Positions 51,783-64,000 of a stretch of 64,000 nt of DNA are shown here, one piece after another. The stretch comes from Raillietiella orientalis (taxonomy: Eukaryota), in contig JAYWIR010000001.1 of the NCBI GenBank assembly GCA_036172245.1, positions 11,222,001-11,286,000 on the forward strand. Reading direction: 5' to 3'. Below the pieces are notes generated by a model, which had not been told where the DNA came from, ran no database searches, and was given only the letters and a program-made list of their open reading frames with translations. Position numbers and translations under genes: made by a program. The first letter of the stretch is position 1; the number at the start of each line of letters is the position of its first letter.

Positions 51783-51870
51783 ATGAAGTGCACAGGACCG
51801 AAAGGCGACGTTGAAAAGGGATGCGTTTTGAAGGATTTTGCTGATGAGGATAGAGAACCGTTAGAGAAAG
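51783..51870 (+). CDS. LRRC23: Candidate first coding exon of the LRRC23-like gene
   Basis: ATG directly preceded by an in-frame TGA; MKCTGPKGDVEKGCVLKDFADEDREPLEK; strong donor AAG|GTAAGC. Phase 1 joins in frame to acceptor 53112 (G+GT=Gly, Ala, Met). No homology evidence, and a phase match has a 1-in-3 chance. Confidence 0.45.
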
Positions 51871-52814
51871 GTAAGCAATTCTTCACGGATAAGCACGAAG
51901 ACATCATGTCGTAAAGCAAGGAAAATGAAAGAAAACCGTTCTTTCGTTTTCGTCCAATAGCTGGAATCTTCCAAATTTGAAAAGTATCCAGAAAAAAATT
52001 TGAACGTCTGTTTCTGCCATGTTGAAATTCATAACTTTTCTTAAAGATATCGAAACAAGACAGCAATAAAACTGCAAGTCCACCTCCCACGGAAGTGCTC
52101 TACTTGCAGCGTCCCAATAGAGTATAAGTTTTATTGTAACGTTAAAGGCCCTTTATGGAAAGAAATATTGTACCACATCGCCACTACATCAGCAGATATG
52201 TTGTAGATCATCCAAACCGGTAAATAGTGATGAGACCTCTTGACACAGTCACTCGAAATGCACTACTAGCAGTCCTTTCGGATGATGCTCATAGACGATT
52301 TTATTTTCTTTACTATCAATTCAGTCTTCCTTCTAATGAAAATCAGCTGAATATTTCATGGGGTTATTGCAACGGTCACGGAAGTGCCACACTTACGTAT
52401 CTGTACAAGCACTCATCATTACAGTTCATATTCTGCTGTTATTCAAGGCACCTGGAGCGATCGGAAAACCAGGTCGATGACACGGCATATAGCATCAGAT
52501 GTGAGTCCCCAGATGTATTGTGCCAACCACAATACTGGTTATGGAGAGCTAGATGAACTTGTAGTGAAAGATGCTTTCGAAGTCACTTATGTTCTGTGAG
52601 CTCACTCAGCCGCCCGCGAACTTGCATCTCCAAACATCTGCCATCTCCCCGTGACTTTGCAACGAAGCAAACAAGCTGCCGCTCAAATGATTTTCTGAAA
52701 TTGCGTCATCACAGGTTCATAGTATCCTTGCATCTTTTTCAGTAAGCATTCCCATCTATGTCTGTTTTATTTTGCTTTTTCGTGAAGTTCATATTGATAT
52801 GCTATATATACACG

Positions 52815-52896
52815 TAGACAGACAGATAAATACAGATGTAGGCATGCAGATGTAAACAGATATAGATAGATAGATGGACATAGATAGATGCAGATA
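52815..52896. repeat. Degenerate (AGAT/CAGAT)-type simple repeat
   Basis: tagacagacagataaatacagatgtag...agatatagatagatagatggacatagatagatgcagata. Confidence 0.8.
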
Positions 52897-53111
52897 TTTG
52901 TTGTTGTTGATTCGAAATTTTTATTACAACCACTCAATTTTTAGAAAGTTACTGACATGTTATAGAACAAACGATCTTCAGCTGAATGAAGTCTGCGTGA
53001 ATCATCCTCGACGTAGCTGGAAGCAATTTGTTTTGAGATGAATAACACTGAAAGCTCGAATCATCATTTGCTGCGAAATACTAATTCGTGGTTTCATTTC
53101 TTTGTCTGAAG

Positions 53112-53206
53112 GTGCCATGTCTGAGGAATCCAGTATTGCTGACGACTCCAAAAGCACGGAAGACTCGGATCCAAGTGTTTCGCAAAGTGCAGACAACACG
53201 AATGAC
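53112..53206 (+). CDS. LRRC23: LRRC23-like exon (acidic N-terminal segment; ATG at 53117)
   Basis: Acceptor tttctttgtctgaAG, Kozak-like GCCATG at 53117, MSEESSIADDSKSTEDSDPSVSQSADNTND, donor GAC|GTAAGA, phase 0 compatible with the next exon. LRRC23 proteins have acidic low-complexity N-termini. Confidence 0.7.
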
Positions 53207-54825
53207 GTAAGAATGAGAATTCGAAATTTCGAAATCGATAAGACCCTTCATCAAAAGATAGGAGAAAATTATTTTCGCTTTGATTCCCCTCTCCTCCCTC
53301 CCTCCCTCCCTCCTCCTCTTCCTTCTCCCTCTTACGAAAAATAAAAACACCAAGGGCTGCGTCGGCGGTTACTGCATCTGGCAGAAAGGAAAGAATCTGG
53401 CAGAAAGGGGAAAAAGCCATGACACGTACGGTTGGACGGTTGCAAAGTTCGCGCGAAATGACCCGCCGTTTGAACGTCAGCTAGGCCACCAAGCACCCCT
53501 GAGATCCGAAAATTCGATGTGCTGTCCTGTAAGGGGTTCTGTGTGCCGGAACAATCCCTCCGGGAATTTTTTTTTTTTTTTTGTCGAACACCCGAAAAGT
53601 TTCCGGATCCTCGAGTGAAATGTTTTGCAAAGTACTGATCGAGTCGGGGATTTCTTTCTGGTTGCCGGTCGTGATTTCGAGCGGATGCTCCGCGAGACCT
53701 GTTCTCTCTCCCCCCCCCCCCGTCCTCCCTCTTCCCTCCTCTGAACCAAATATGGTTTTCTCGATCATTTCCCGACGCGGCCCCGCGGGCGTCATTAGCA
53801 CCGAGACGGCGTTGCGTCCCTGACCTTGTTTGTTCGTTTGCTTACTTGCTTGCCTTCGGCAGCCTCGATTCTTCCCCAAGTACTGCTCGCGAGGAGAACC
53901 TCACCGTTTCGGTTCGGGTCAGACGAAGTCAGGACCCTTGTGCTTGAACAAGCGCTATGTATTTTATGTATTCATTTGACACGAGTGGTCCCACACACAG
54001 CCAGGTGGGAAAAGGTTGCTGGCAATCAGCGATCGGGAGTCAGCGATGACCTTGGAAGCTTCGTGGCTAATTAGACGAACCGGGAAAATTAGCATGCAGT
54101 ACGGATTTTCGAATCAGCCTGCTTTCCTCTCTGCCTAGTGTATATCTTCTTTGCTTGACTTTGTTATCTTTCCCGGAATGGCAGATAAAGTAAGCCATCG
54201 ATAAAAAAATACACACAAAAAAAGTAAACACTGTCCAAGTCCAGAAGCCTTCGGGATTACAGGTCCACCGTGCACCCCCTTTCCCTATTTTTCCGAATGA
54301 GAGCCAATCGTGTTTGCATTGAACACAGCCAAATGGTGGAGCAATTTCGTGGGTTGCCCATGACACTGCCTCTTCTTCCCTACTATTATAGCTAATCGTG
54401 TCGAATGTCCGCTGTTTATTTCTCTGTGGACTATGCTACAATGAAAAATTCGTCCAGACTCTTCCTTTGCCGGGATGAATGCAAGCATGTGACGTCATTC
54501 TGTGTCCTCTTGCAACGCGCATTTCTACCCTGTTTCTCCTATCTTGGACAGGGGGACGCATTTTTGAAATAGCAACACGCTTAAGAGACAGCCCTACGAA
54601 ATTTTCAGGTGCCTTAATTTAGCTGCTTTCATTAGCTGCAGCGTCTGTAGCAAGATAAATTGGGGGTGGGGGAGGGGGAAGGAATCTAGGCGCAAACTCT
54701 TTCCCGTTGTTTTCCCTTCCCGAAAAGCAGACTGACAGAGATAACGCTGGTTCCCAGCTTTGAGCAGGACCACGAGTGAATCATCGTCCTTAGCGCCATT
54801 GCAACACATCGATCAAGTCACGCGA

Positions 54826-54851
54826 TGTGTGTGTGTGTGTGTGTGTGTGTT
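54826..54851. repeat. (TG)n microsatellite near an LRRC23 acceptor
   Basis: TG run ending about 50 nt upstream of the 54903 acceptor. Confidence 0.9.
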
Positions 54852-54902
54852 TTCTTTTCATGCTTTCTAAATTTTATAATTAATATTTCGCGTATTTTCA
54901 AG

Positions 54903-55012
54903 GATTTCGAGAATCGGCTGCAATTCGCCGATGCTGGACAGTGCCTGTCTGTATTGGGGAAAACCGGAAACGGAATGAATCACGCCTATTTGAAAGTGGA
55001 TATAAGTAACAG
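54903..55012 (+). CDS. LRRC23: LRRC23-like exon
   Basis: ttttcaAG|DFENRLQFADAGQCLSVLGKTGNGMNHAYLKVDISN(R)|GTGAAA, phase 2. Resembles the LRRC23 signature GLSLLCKTGNGLAHAYVKL. Confidence 0.9.
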
Positions 55013-57922
55013 GTGAAATTTACGAGTTTTCTGTGGGAATTTGCAATTGATGATGAAAATTCACTTGTAGCTCGAGATGCAACTCCTCGTGGTTTTTTTT
55101 GTGCTGCTCTTTTTTGTTTAGCAAAGCACCATCTCATCTCTTGCAGTATTTATGAAAGCTTTTTTCTTCTATTTACTCTTTACTTGACGCTTTGGTCCTC
55201 TTCTGCTGAGGTAGGTTGGTAGGAAAGGAAGGAACTGAAAACTTGATGGATTTTTGATCCGTCGAAACGCTTCAGCATCTGCGGATGCAGCGACAGGGAC
55301 ACACAATGGTGTGGAATCTCGCGTCGGCTTTCTTGAAATTTCTGGTGACATCAGGCGTTCGTCCCTTTCCACGATTCCGAATGCAAATCATTCGGGTTGA
55401 CCCTGGGAATGCTGAAGGATAACTGGTAGGCGATAAACGCTCAGATTCGATCCACACCTTCTCCAAAAAAAAAAATCCCAGCTTACGCGAAGGAACAATA
55501 AGCGAACGTCTTTTCGCAAATAAATTTCATTTCCTTCCAGCAGTTTTGAAAATTTCCCCTAATTATCGTCACGGACCAATTTTTTCTTTCTTCCTTTCTT
55601 CTTAAGCACAGCAAGCACTCGCGACACCGCATATCCTCGTGTGCTTGATGTCCCACTGATTCATTTCAAAGCAGCAGGACGTCAACCGTCCGAAGCGTTC
55701 CTCATGCAAGCGGCTAAATGATTTATTGCAAATGCAGCATCCAAGAAGTGGCCGTCTGGTCTAGACCGGCCCCAATAGGATTTCTGTGTTCAACCGCTCC
55801 TCGGTTCGTCCTTAGCGTGCAAATAGGACTTTGTAGATCTCATAATCTCTTTGGGAGGTACTTCGAAGGAAGGACACGCGTGCAAGGAGAAAGCTTGCGC
55901 CGTTTCGGTTGAATTCCTTATTAATCCATGCTGCAGGGACGAGACTTGGAGGTCCCACCCTTTGGAAGCCTGCCGTAACCGGGAATGAGAGTTTTCCATC
56001 TCGATAGTTTCACCTGCTCCAGACACAGGAGCGGTTTGATTCGGAATGCTGCACAGGAATGTACGCGTCTCCTGTAATCGACCATTCGAGGGAAGGCACA
56101 ACAGCCAGCTCTCCAGCACCCTTCGGTAGCCACGTGCAAGAGATGATTTATCTGCAAAGGTCACATCAAATTCGACGCGCGTGCACCAGGGAGAAGATCA
56201 AGTGCATCGCTTCATCATCACGCAAGGCAAGCCACAGAGGCGAAGAGGGATCGCTGGCTCGTGGAAAGTCCAAATGCCATCCCTGAAGGAGCATTCCGCT
56301 ACCGTTTGCACGTGGTGCGGGTCCAAAGACTGTGGAGATGGCAACTGCGGAACAGCGGAACAGCAAGTTCGCTGGTCTGCTGGACAAAAGAAAAGGAAAG
56401 GATTCCCGTCTTTGTTTGAAGACACCATAAGATCCGAACACGAGGCAAGGCAGCCAGCCCACGAATCCACTTCTGAAACAGTCGATTCGCTAACACATGA
56501 GAGGGAGTAGGAGGAGGAGGGGGGGGGGGTGAAGAATTCCACTCCGATCAAAGTTTATAGATGGAAGGAAACGAAAAAAAAAAAGTGTTTGCACTGTTTA
56601 TCAGAATACACAAGATGCGAAGACGGTCTCTGCTGAGATGAAATGTTTGTCTACAGAGATCCATGCAATTGCGAACGCCGTGTTGAGCGCGCACGACGAG
56701 ATGAGGGAAGGTGGATGGTCCGGCCACACCTCGGCTTTGAGCTGTTCCCGACTTCCAAGGAAGGAAGGAAACGCGGAAGGTTCGCGGATGCGGACGAGCG
56801 CCAATCGAAACGCAAACCAAATAAACGGCAGGCCCGTGGGGGACTTGCGAATTTCCTCCCGTGGCGTGACTCCTGACTGAATTCGAAGACATGGTGGAAT
56901 CGAACTCGGCTGGGATCCAGGAATGCCAGAAATCCGATCCGCATCGTTGGCCGGCGGCGTTTCTTTGCGCATCATCAACCGCAATTTCCTTAAAGCGTCG
57001 TGGTGTCTCTTCCTTTTCTCTTCGACTGTCGAAGCGGATTGGTTTCGATCTTGCAGATACGCTTTTGTGTGTGTGTGTCTGTGTGTGTGCGTGCGTTTTT
57101 TTGCTTCCAGGTGAGCGGTTCTTAATCGCTAGGGAACATTTTCACACACTCACGCACTCGCATGTGTTTTGTTTCAAAGGCGCAAGTCGCGACTGCAGCT
57201 GATTGAAAACGAAGTGCACTGCAGCTATGCCAAGTCGATTCGTTTGGTGTCCCGGTCGTGAATGTGTGTGTGCGTGAATGTGTGTTTGGCTCGGTTTTTC
57301 GAGTTGGTATGGAAGCACTGACCCTACGTGAAGGTGCAGTGAACACGACCAGAAGAGATCGAGAAGAGTTCAAGAGCTCATTAACGTCCATTCCATTGAA
57401 GTCCTTTCGCGAAACGAGACGGCGGTTCGTTCAAAGCGACGCTCCTGCTGCGCATGCGTCCCCTTCCACCTTTCGAACCGAAGAGGAGAGAAAAGGAGGG
57501 GAAGGGAGGTACTTCTTTGCGCCCTGGAGACCTCTTCCGTCCGTCGGGATCACGTCGTCAGTGGATGCGTGAGGCAAAACGAGCACGGGATCGCCGCGTG
57601 CCGCGTGCTCGCCACTGCTGGATCGGATTCCTGAGATTCCATGAAACATGTGGGAAAAGAAACCGTGCGGCCACATTTCCTCGTTCACGACGTAAAAAAA
57701 AGAAAGAAAGCAAAGAGATGGATCGATCAGCTCCTCCTTCCAGAACGGAGACCTCTCCACGGGATCATCCTGTTCGATTCCATCATTCGCGACACAAACG
57801 AGCGTCGTTCGAAAACGCACATTTAATGATTTCCACATATGTCATTCGATCCTTGTTTCCAGTTTCCCATGATTCGTCTGGATTGTCAATGCATTTTTTT
57901 TCCCCTCTTTCTCTCTCTCCAG

Positions 57923-58097
57923 AAAACTGACACATATAGATGTGATGGACAGATTCATTCACGTCCGGTACGTGTTTCTGTCACATAACCACGTTAAGGA
58001 TCTTTCTCCGCTTTCCCAACTGACCCATCTTCTATCTGTGAAGGCAGATCACAATCGGCTGGCATCGTTCGACGTTGCCCCGATGCCTTATCTACAG
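57923..58097 (+). CDS. LRRC23: LRRC23-like exon (first LRRs)
   Basis: Long polypyrimidine tract plus CAG; (R)KLTHIDVMDRFIHVRYVFLSHNHVKDLSPLSQLTHLLSVKADHNRLASFDVAPMPYLQ; donor CAG|GTACGA. Phases 2 and 0 fit the neighbours. Parallels LRRC23 LTDI..L..YIHLRYVDISENHLTDLSPLNYLTHLLWLKADGNRL...LPYLQ. Confidence 0.92.
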
Positions 58098-59455
58098 GTA
58101 CGAGCAGAATACGTCTCGGCGTGATTTTCGTTTTCGAAGAATGAAGGCGACCGCAGCTTCCGCGGCGGTACGGTACGCTGCGATTTTGTGGCAAGTTGAA
58201 CGTACAGCAGGGCACACAGGTCCCGCTCGGGAAGCCCTCGGAAGTTCGCCCGCGAGCCCAACCGAAACTGGGCAGAAAGCGCGTGGAAGCCCAATGAATA
58301 AAAAGGCGGAATTATTACCATAAATTAGCAGAAATTGCAACATCCTAAACGCTCTTTTTCCTCCTTGAGAATGTTAATACTCGCAATAAAGGAACTTTGG
58401 GATGAATCGTCTCCTTTTTTTTCCCTCTCTCTCCTCGAACGTAACGTAACGTAATAAATATTCCAGTACGCGTTGGCTCAGATTATGAAATCGACTGTCT
58501 GAAAATTCATGTCATCGGTGAGATTATCCAAATATCCATTCCACTTACAATCTTGAACTGTGATCGTGTAAGGAACCAGAGAGCACGCTGCTGTCACGAG
58601 ATCCTGGTTTATTTCCGATCTGTAAGGACTGTGTCGATTTTCCAGAGTATTTCTGTATAAAAAGGAAATCGCACGTGATTTATCGCCGCTCGCGTACGTC
58701 AGGCCGTCCGAATGGACCACGAGGAACGCCGAGACGAAGGTCCACCACCACCCTACGAACCTGAACACCGCGTTTTCCGAACTTTTCAGCTTGCGAGCAA
58801 CCCCATCGAAATCAGCTGCGTACCGCCGACGAAGAAGATGCGATCGCCGTGTAATCCGTGCTCAAGTAGAATAATGTAGTATCAAGAATACAGCAGCAAC
58901 GTGTACGTAGTAAAGTGAGTGCACTCGTGGCAAGTAGTGTGTTTGTGTACAATAGGAAACGCGCGCCAGGATAAAGTCAGGAAAAAAACGACAGCTGAGT
59001 AAGAAAGGAACCTTCTCTCCTTGGATGCCAGATGGGAACTTTCAGATTGCTCCTGGCATCCCGCGCGGGCAAATACTAAATTGCTTATAGATAAGGAATT
59101 CTGGCCGAAGCTGTACACGAAAAGAATGAAATTTGAGGAAACGGTGCGGCAGGAGAACGTCAAGCGTGAAGTTGATAATTTGTGCCGTTTCTATAACTAC
59201 GTGCGCTTCTTCTCCGTCCGTGAGTCAGAGCTGACTTTACTTCGAAAGCATAATGTCTGGATGCACTGATACTTGAATACACGAAACACGCAGATCGGTG
59301 TGCACCACCACCTTGCTTTGGAGGGCCCGCGATTCGTTTGGATGGAAGTAAACGGCGTGTAAGAACGGAGAAGCGGAATTTCCGATAATCGTTCTGTTAC
59401 CACAACTCGTTCTTCTTGCTACTCCTGCCTCTCGCATCAATAACATTGCTTTCAG

Positions 59456-59534
59456 ATCGTAGACCTCAGTTTCAACTTGATCCCCACTGTTGACGGACTC
59501 GAACAGCCTCAATTGGAAGCCATCAACTTGAGTC
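59456..59534 (+). CDS. LRRC23: LRRC23-like exon (LRR; absent from the ORF track)
   Basis: ttgctttcAG|IVDLSFNLIPTVDGLEQPQLEAINLS(H)|GTAAGT; 79 nt, phase 0 to 1; LxxNxI LRR pattern continuing the LRRC23 alignment. Confidence 0.88.
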
Positions 59535-62467
59535 GTAAGTTCCTATGAATATTATTAAAAGCGGTAATTTCGAAGCTTTGCGTTCTCTGGTGCCCACGCC
59601 TTATCACACTTGAACTTGAAGCGACCGATGTCATCTTTAGCGCTGCGAAACTCACCTATTAATCTGCGAAGACGCCGATGCGATTTAGCAGAAAAAACAA
59701 AAAAAAAAATTACGCACAATTCTCCACATAGAACCAAGTAGAGTGATAGTCATCGTTTCCGGTCTCCCTATCAATTTTCAGCTCTGTGCAAGTAGGGTCC
59801 GTTGTTAGGATGTAAGCGCACGTACATTGTGTAACCGCATCAAAATCCTAATTGAATTCCCTTTTCAAGCTAATTTCTATTTAATGTGTACCAAAAAATC
59901 GTAAAATTTACACGTACACACACACATACTGGTTACATGTTTGTATGTGTATGTGTGGGTGTGTTGATTGTTTCAAGGTATGCTCACGGACTTTTAGCAA
60001 ACTGATGATTCGAATATTTATTACCCTTGCGCTCTATTCAGAAGACTTGCGAGAACTGCCGCTTCTTGCAGTGTCCAAGTACCGAACCGAGCACCAGACA
60101 AGCGTGATTGATCATTCAGGACCAAGAGACTGTAAAAATATTTGGTCAAGATCCCACTAAGGTATCACTAATATATGCATCCTCAGTTTGTCTGTAACTG
60201 ACGCATACACAGATAACTTATACAGGATTGCTTGATTGTACTTTTTGTTCTTTCGGGCCGTAAATAATCTTCAGAAAAGAACGTAGGAATCTTTAAACTC
60301 CACGCTAAATGTTGCCCACCTTTTACGATGTAAGAATTGAATTTTATTGACCTTCTAGAACATTTCATATGAACGGCATATTTTGAAATACAAGCAGGTA
60401 TTTTATCTTCCTTTGGAACCGAAACTTTTTTTGACTGATTTATTCCATGATCTTTCACACGCAACTGCCTCCCACAGAAATATATTGGTGGCGAATTCAC
60501 GTGTATTGGTCTTGATTATTTAAATCCTCCGTCTTCCCTTCTTTCCTTGTCAAGTACATTCATTCCACAACTGATGTAAAGCCCTAAACACTGTTGTCGC
60601 TCGGTGGTCCTCATCTCGCTTGCTTGGTTGCTGCCTTCTTCCTTTTTTTTGTTTTCTTCGAACGGGGCCTCTAGCCGTTCGGTTCCCTTGAGGAACCCCA
60701 AACCAGAGCGCCGTTCCCTGTGGAACATACTTGGTCGGAAGGCAGGCAGGCAGGCGGTCCCGGTCCCGTGCGCGGGTGGAATTCCAAGAAAAACGCAGAC
60801 GAGTAATCCCTGGGAAAGCGTGAAGCGAAAGGTCTGCCTGTTTGAGCCAGTCGCCTCTTCCTGTTCCGAGAATAACTCCTCTCTTCTCCAGAAATTAAAC
60901 GTCGGTTTACGAGCGCTTCCCAAAGTGCAACTTGTTAAGCGTGTCACGGGAAAAACACAACTCCGATTCTGGTGCGATTCCATGCCGAACGTCATCACAT
61001 CATCATCGCTCCTACGAACTGCTGCGTGTCTGCAGATTAAGCCGCCTGACAATCGAGCACAGATTCACTCTTCTTCTTTTCTGTCCCTTTTTTCTTTTTT
61101 TGGGGTCAGTCAAGTGCTGAATTGCAGAACACGCAATTTTCTTTGTTTTTGTTTTTTGTTTATGTCGTCCGCTTGGTCTGGTGGACGGCTTCATCTTGTT
61201 CCATCATTTTTGCGCAGAATAGGGACGTGACATAGTGAAAAGCGGGTGATCCCAAGAAATTTCCCAACCTCCTAAAACCACTCGGACACATGCGCGCACA
61301 CACATTTCTTGAGAGTGGAAGGTGCTCTTCCCGCATGTCTTGTCACAATGTGGCGACGTCTCATGGACTGTTTATCTGACCTCCTTGATAAAAGAGTTCG
61401 GTTGCCAAATGACGGATCCGGCACGCATCCGTAGGGAATGGGGAATCCATAATTAGCGAACATCGCAGGTAAATTGCATAACCGGCATTCCGAGGATCTG
61501 CACCCCTAAGCTTCGGCCGCCGCTCGACGGACGGCCAAAGACAAGCGACGTCTGTACATCAGGAAAAATAGGTTTACGGAGTAGGGGACCAGTGGATGCA
61601 CTTGAAGCTAAAAGGCTACTTCGCGCTTAATACAGCTCCCTCTTCATCGCACCGCGATCCTGTTCCGTCCGCTCGTGCCGGGAGCTGCCTGTTTCTTCCT
61701 AGGTGCTCATGCCGTGCTCAGCTGCCGTGGGCCTTTCCCGATTGAGTTCAGCTATCTATAGCGACGAGCACTGGTTCCCAAACAGTGGTGAGTGCATCTT
61801 CGGCCAACTTGTGATTCCCAAAGGCAAATCGAGAACGAGGGGTGCGTTCTTGAATCACCATCGCTTGAGCCGCCTCAAGTCGATGCAGGGGACGGAAAAA
61901 AAGAAAGACAGAAAACAGCGCTTTGATTGCCCGAAGGGTACCAGTGCAAGCGCGGCAGCTCTCACTGATGCCTCACGAAGAGTTTTGGGAGTTCTGGGAC
62001 GATCAGGGTGGGCCTTGGGCTCAAGAACGCTGATGCAACTTTTTTTACGCTCGTTTACTTGTGCGCAAAGAGTTGGAATGACCTTGCTGCCGAGTGTACG
62101 CAAAGCTGCCCCTTGTGCGCATCCGCAGATTTCTTAGCCATCATCCCATCTTCTCGGATAAGCGCACTAACACAGCGTGTTCAGGTACGTAACAAGGCAT
62201 CTGGAAAAATAGATTGACAGCACGACAACATATGTGATAGGCAGGTCGCCAAACACATGCACTCCTCGTGTTACCCAGTTCCTCGTAGTTTCGACAAAAT
62301 GTCCGGTGGAGGAATTTGGCACATGGAAACGGCGGGCTGCTTGCTCATTTACGTGACCGTGAGCACTGTTCCATAACCTGGTCATGGACCCTCCTCCCCG
62401 TCTTAAACATATTGGAAAAATTTGCCTTTCGTTTGATACTTCAACAACAAGCAGCAGCGCACACGAC

Positions 62468-62493
62468 AACACACACACACACACACACACACA
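62468..62493. repeat. (CA)n microsatellite in an LRRC23 intron
   Basis: Directly visible. Confidence 0.9.
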
Positions 62494-63441
62494 TGCATGC
62501 ACATGCACATGTAATGACAGGATGCCATGGTGTAGCTTAAACTACATGTGGCGATGACGACGTGAGAGCAAGAGACCTTTGTACAGTTTTGAAGATGTGT
62601 GTACAGGCGCGAGTCATGTGCCATCATGGACTCACCATCTTCCTGACTAATCTAATCTCTTTACAAACTGTTATGGGTACTAAAGATATTGATGTATTCA
62701 CAATACGTGTGATTTGCTTATCACTCATTGGAAACACTCATAAAGGATGACCGAGGGACGCTGAAGAAACGGAATGAGAAGGGATCCATTTTGAAGCTCA
62801 GGGGGCAGTGGCAGCTCAGGTCGATAAAAGCGCGGCTACCCGTTCTGCGACCACTTTGGAAACTCCACGGTCTTCTCAATACGTGTTTCTTTCTTCCTCT
62901 TCTTCTTTTTTTTTTTTTTTTTTGCAAACACGCAGTACGAGATATTCAGCTGTACGTTGAAACATTCATAATATTTACTATGAATCGTATTATTTTCATT
63001 ATTATGTATACGTATTTTTTGACTCACTTCTTCCGGCGAGAAATTGAAGATGACTTTTAGGAAACCGGTCGAGAGGACAAAGGGAAATCCCTTCCTGTTG
63101 ATTTGACCTCCCATGCGCTTACCCTTTCAGCGAACTCGGGGGGCCGACCTTTCCTCCCTCCTCCCTCTCGATGCGCGCTGGATGCCCACCACATCCATCC
63201 GTACTCCGCTCCGCGTGGCTCGCGAGCCGCTGTCTGGAAAGTCCTGTCCCCCGCACTGTCCGGCGGCCATGCGAACGTCGTCGATGCGCTTTCGAGCCCC
63301 CGAAGAAGACCGACCTTCTTCCCGAAAGCACCTTCCACATCCTTGCCGGATCGCTTGCGCCTCGTGACCTGGGCGCTTGCGATGTTTGCATTGGCGATTA
63401 TTATTTCTTCCCTCCCCCCTCCCCCTTTTTCGTTTTTCCAG

Positions 63442-63572
63442 ATAACCAGCTAGTGAACCTCAGAGGCCTGGACCAAGACCACGTGCCTTCGCTCCGCATA
63501 CTGGACGTGAGCCATAACAAACTGGTCGCAACCAGCGCGCTGCGCCTGCAGCATTTGGAAAAGATATACGCG
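63442..63572 (+). CDS. LRRC23: LRRC23-like exon (LRRs); gene continues beyond the window
   Basis: tttttcgtttttccAG|(H)NQLVNLRGLDQDHVPSLRILDVSHNKLVATSALRLQHLEKIYA|GTAACT; phase 1 fits the previous exon. Parallels LRRC23 NSIHMVTGLDPEKLISLHTVELRGNQL...LPKLKNLYLA. Confidence 0.9.
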
Positions 63573-64000
63573 GTAACTCCATTTCTCCTCCCTGCGTCCG
63601 AGCTCGCTCCGCTTAACAATGAGGGTCATCCAGAATTCTCTCCTGGCCTTGAAAAAGAAGTCGGCGGGAACGATTGTGCACACGTCGGCTATACGTGCGT
63701 TCCAGGGACGTTTCCGTCCGGTGCTGACGCCGTTCCCGCTGGAAGGCCGCTGCTGCCGCTTCCATAATTTACTTGCGACTCGACACCCGCATTCTCCGCT
63801 GCCGCGCGGATTTCCCAAAAACCACGCTTCCCCCCCCCCCTCTTTTCGCAGTAACCCGAGTCGCCCGGGAAGGCGTCCTCCTCCTCCTCCACCGGTGTTG
63901 CCGTCGCTCCCGCGAACGCTGCTTCGGGATCGGTCGGTCGGCTTCGGAAACGGGAGTTTCTGAGCCCGGGAAGGAGGCGTTTCCTTGCACCCCACCCACC

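Noticed and set aside
52448..52500. 53-nt frameshifting cassette exon in the first LRRC23 intron
   Set aside because: Good donor (GTGAGT) but weak acceptor tract; no support without transcript data.
56880..56945. Third SINE copy (minus-strand GAGTTCGATTCC)
   Set aside because: Isolated B-box-like word; the flanks do not align with the two copies.
1..64000. CRISPR array, prokaryotic defence system, rRNA, or autonomous retro/DNA transposon
   Set aside because: No regularly spaced repeat-spacer array, no operon-like ORF packing, and no RT, integrase or transposase motifs recognised in any frame; the sequence is clearly intron-containing eukaryotic DNA.

Overview
Eukaryotic (animal, most plausibly arthropod) genomic DNA. 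It contains spliceosomal GT-AG introns, microsatellites and long homopolymer runs; there are no operons, CRISPR arrays, rRNAs or intact transposon ORFs. Two divergently transcribed genes are supportable. (1) On the - strand, the first two coding exons (12179-12101, 11276-10827) of a castor/CASZ1-type transcription factor, recognised from the ordered motifs NKRKDFNPRNI, PIDLS and MDDLAQSAMKELLGMYGW; its zinc-finger exons are not found and presumably lie left of position 1. (2) On the + strand, 5-6 phase-compatible exons of an LRRC23-like leucine-rich-repeat gene (about 51.8/53.1 kb to beyond 63.6 kb, running off the right edge). About 39.6 kb separates them with no recognisable coding gene. A very GC/CpG-rich domain (about 4-31.6 kb) surrounds the castor 5' end and steps down sharply near 31.6 kb. 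Non-coding structure includes two copies of a tRNA-derived SINE-like element, a duplicated ~140-160 bp module, a 40-bp tandem repeat with CTCF-like cores upstream of the castor start, and Rel- and RFX-like motifs. Nearly all ORFs in the track look like by-products of GC-rich or low-complexity sequence. I found no convincing new biological system. The best leads are a FOG-like NuRD motif in Castor, the regulatory architecture and the SINE family. Protein identifications come from recalled family motifs, not database searches; identity and GC figures are estimates by eye.
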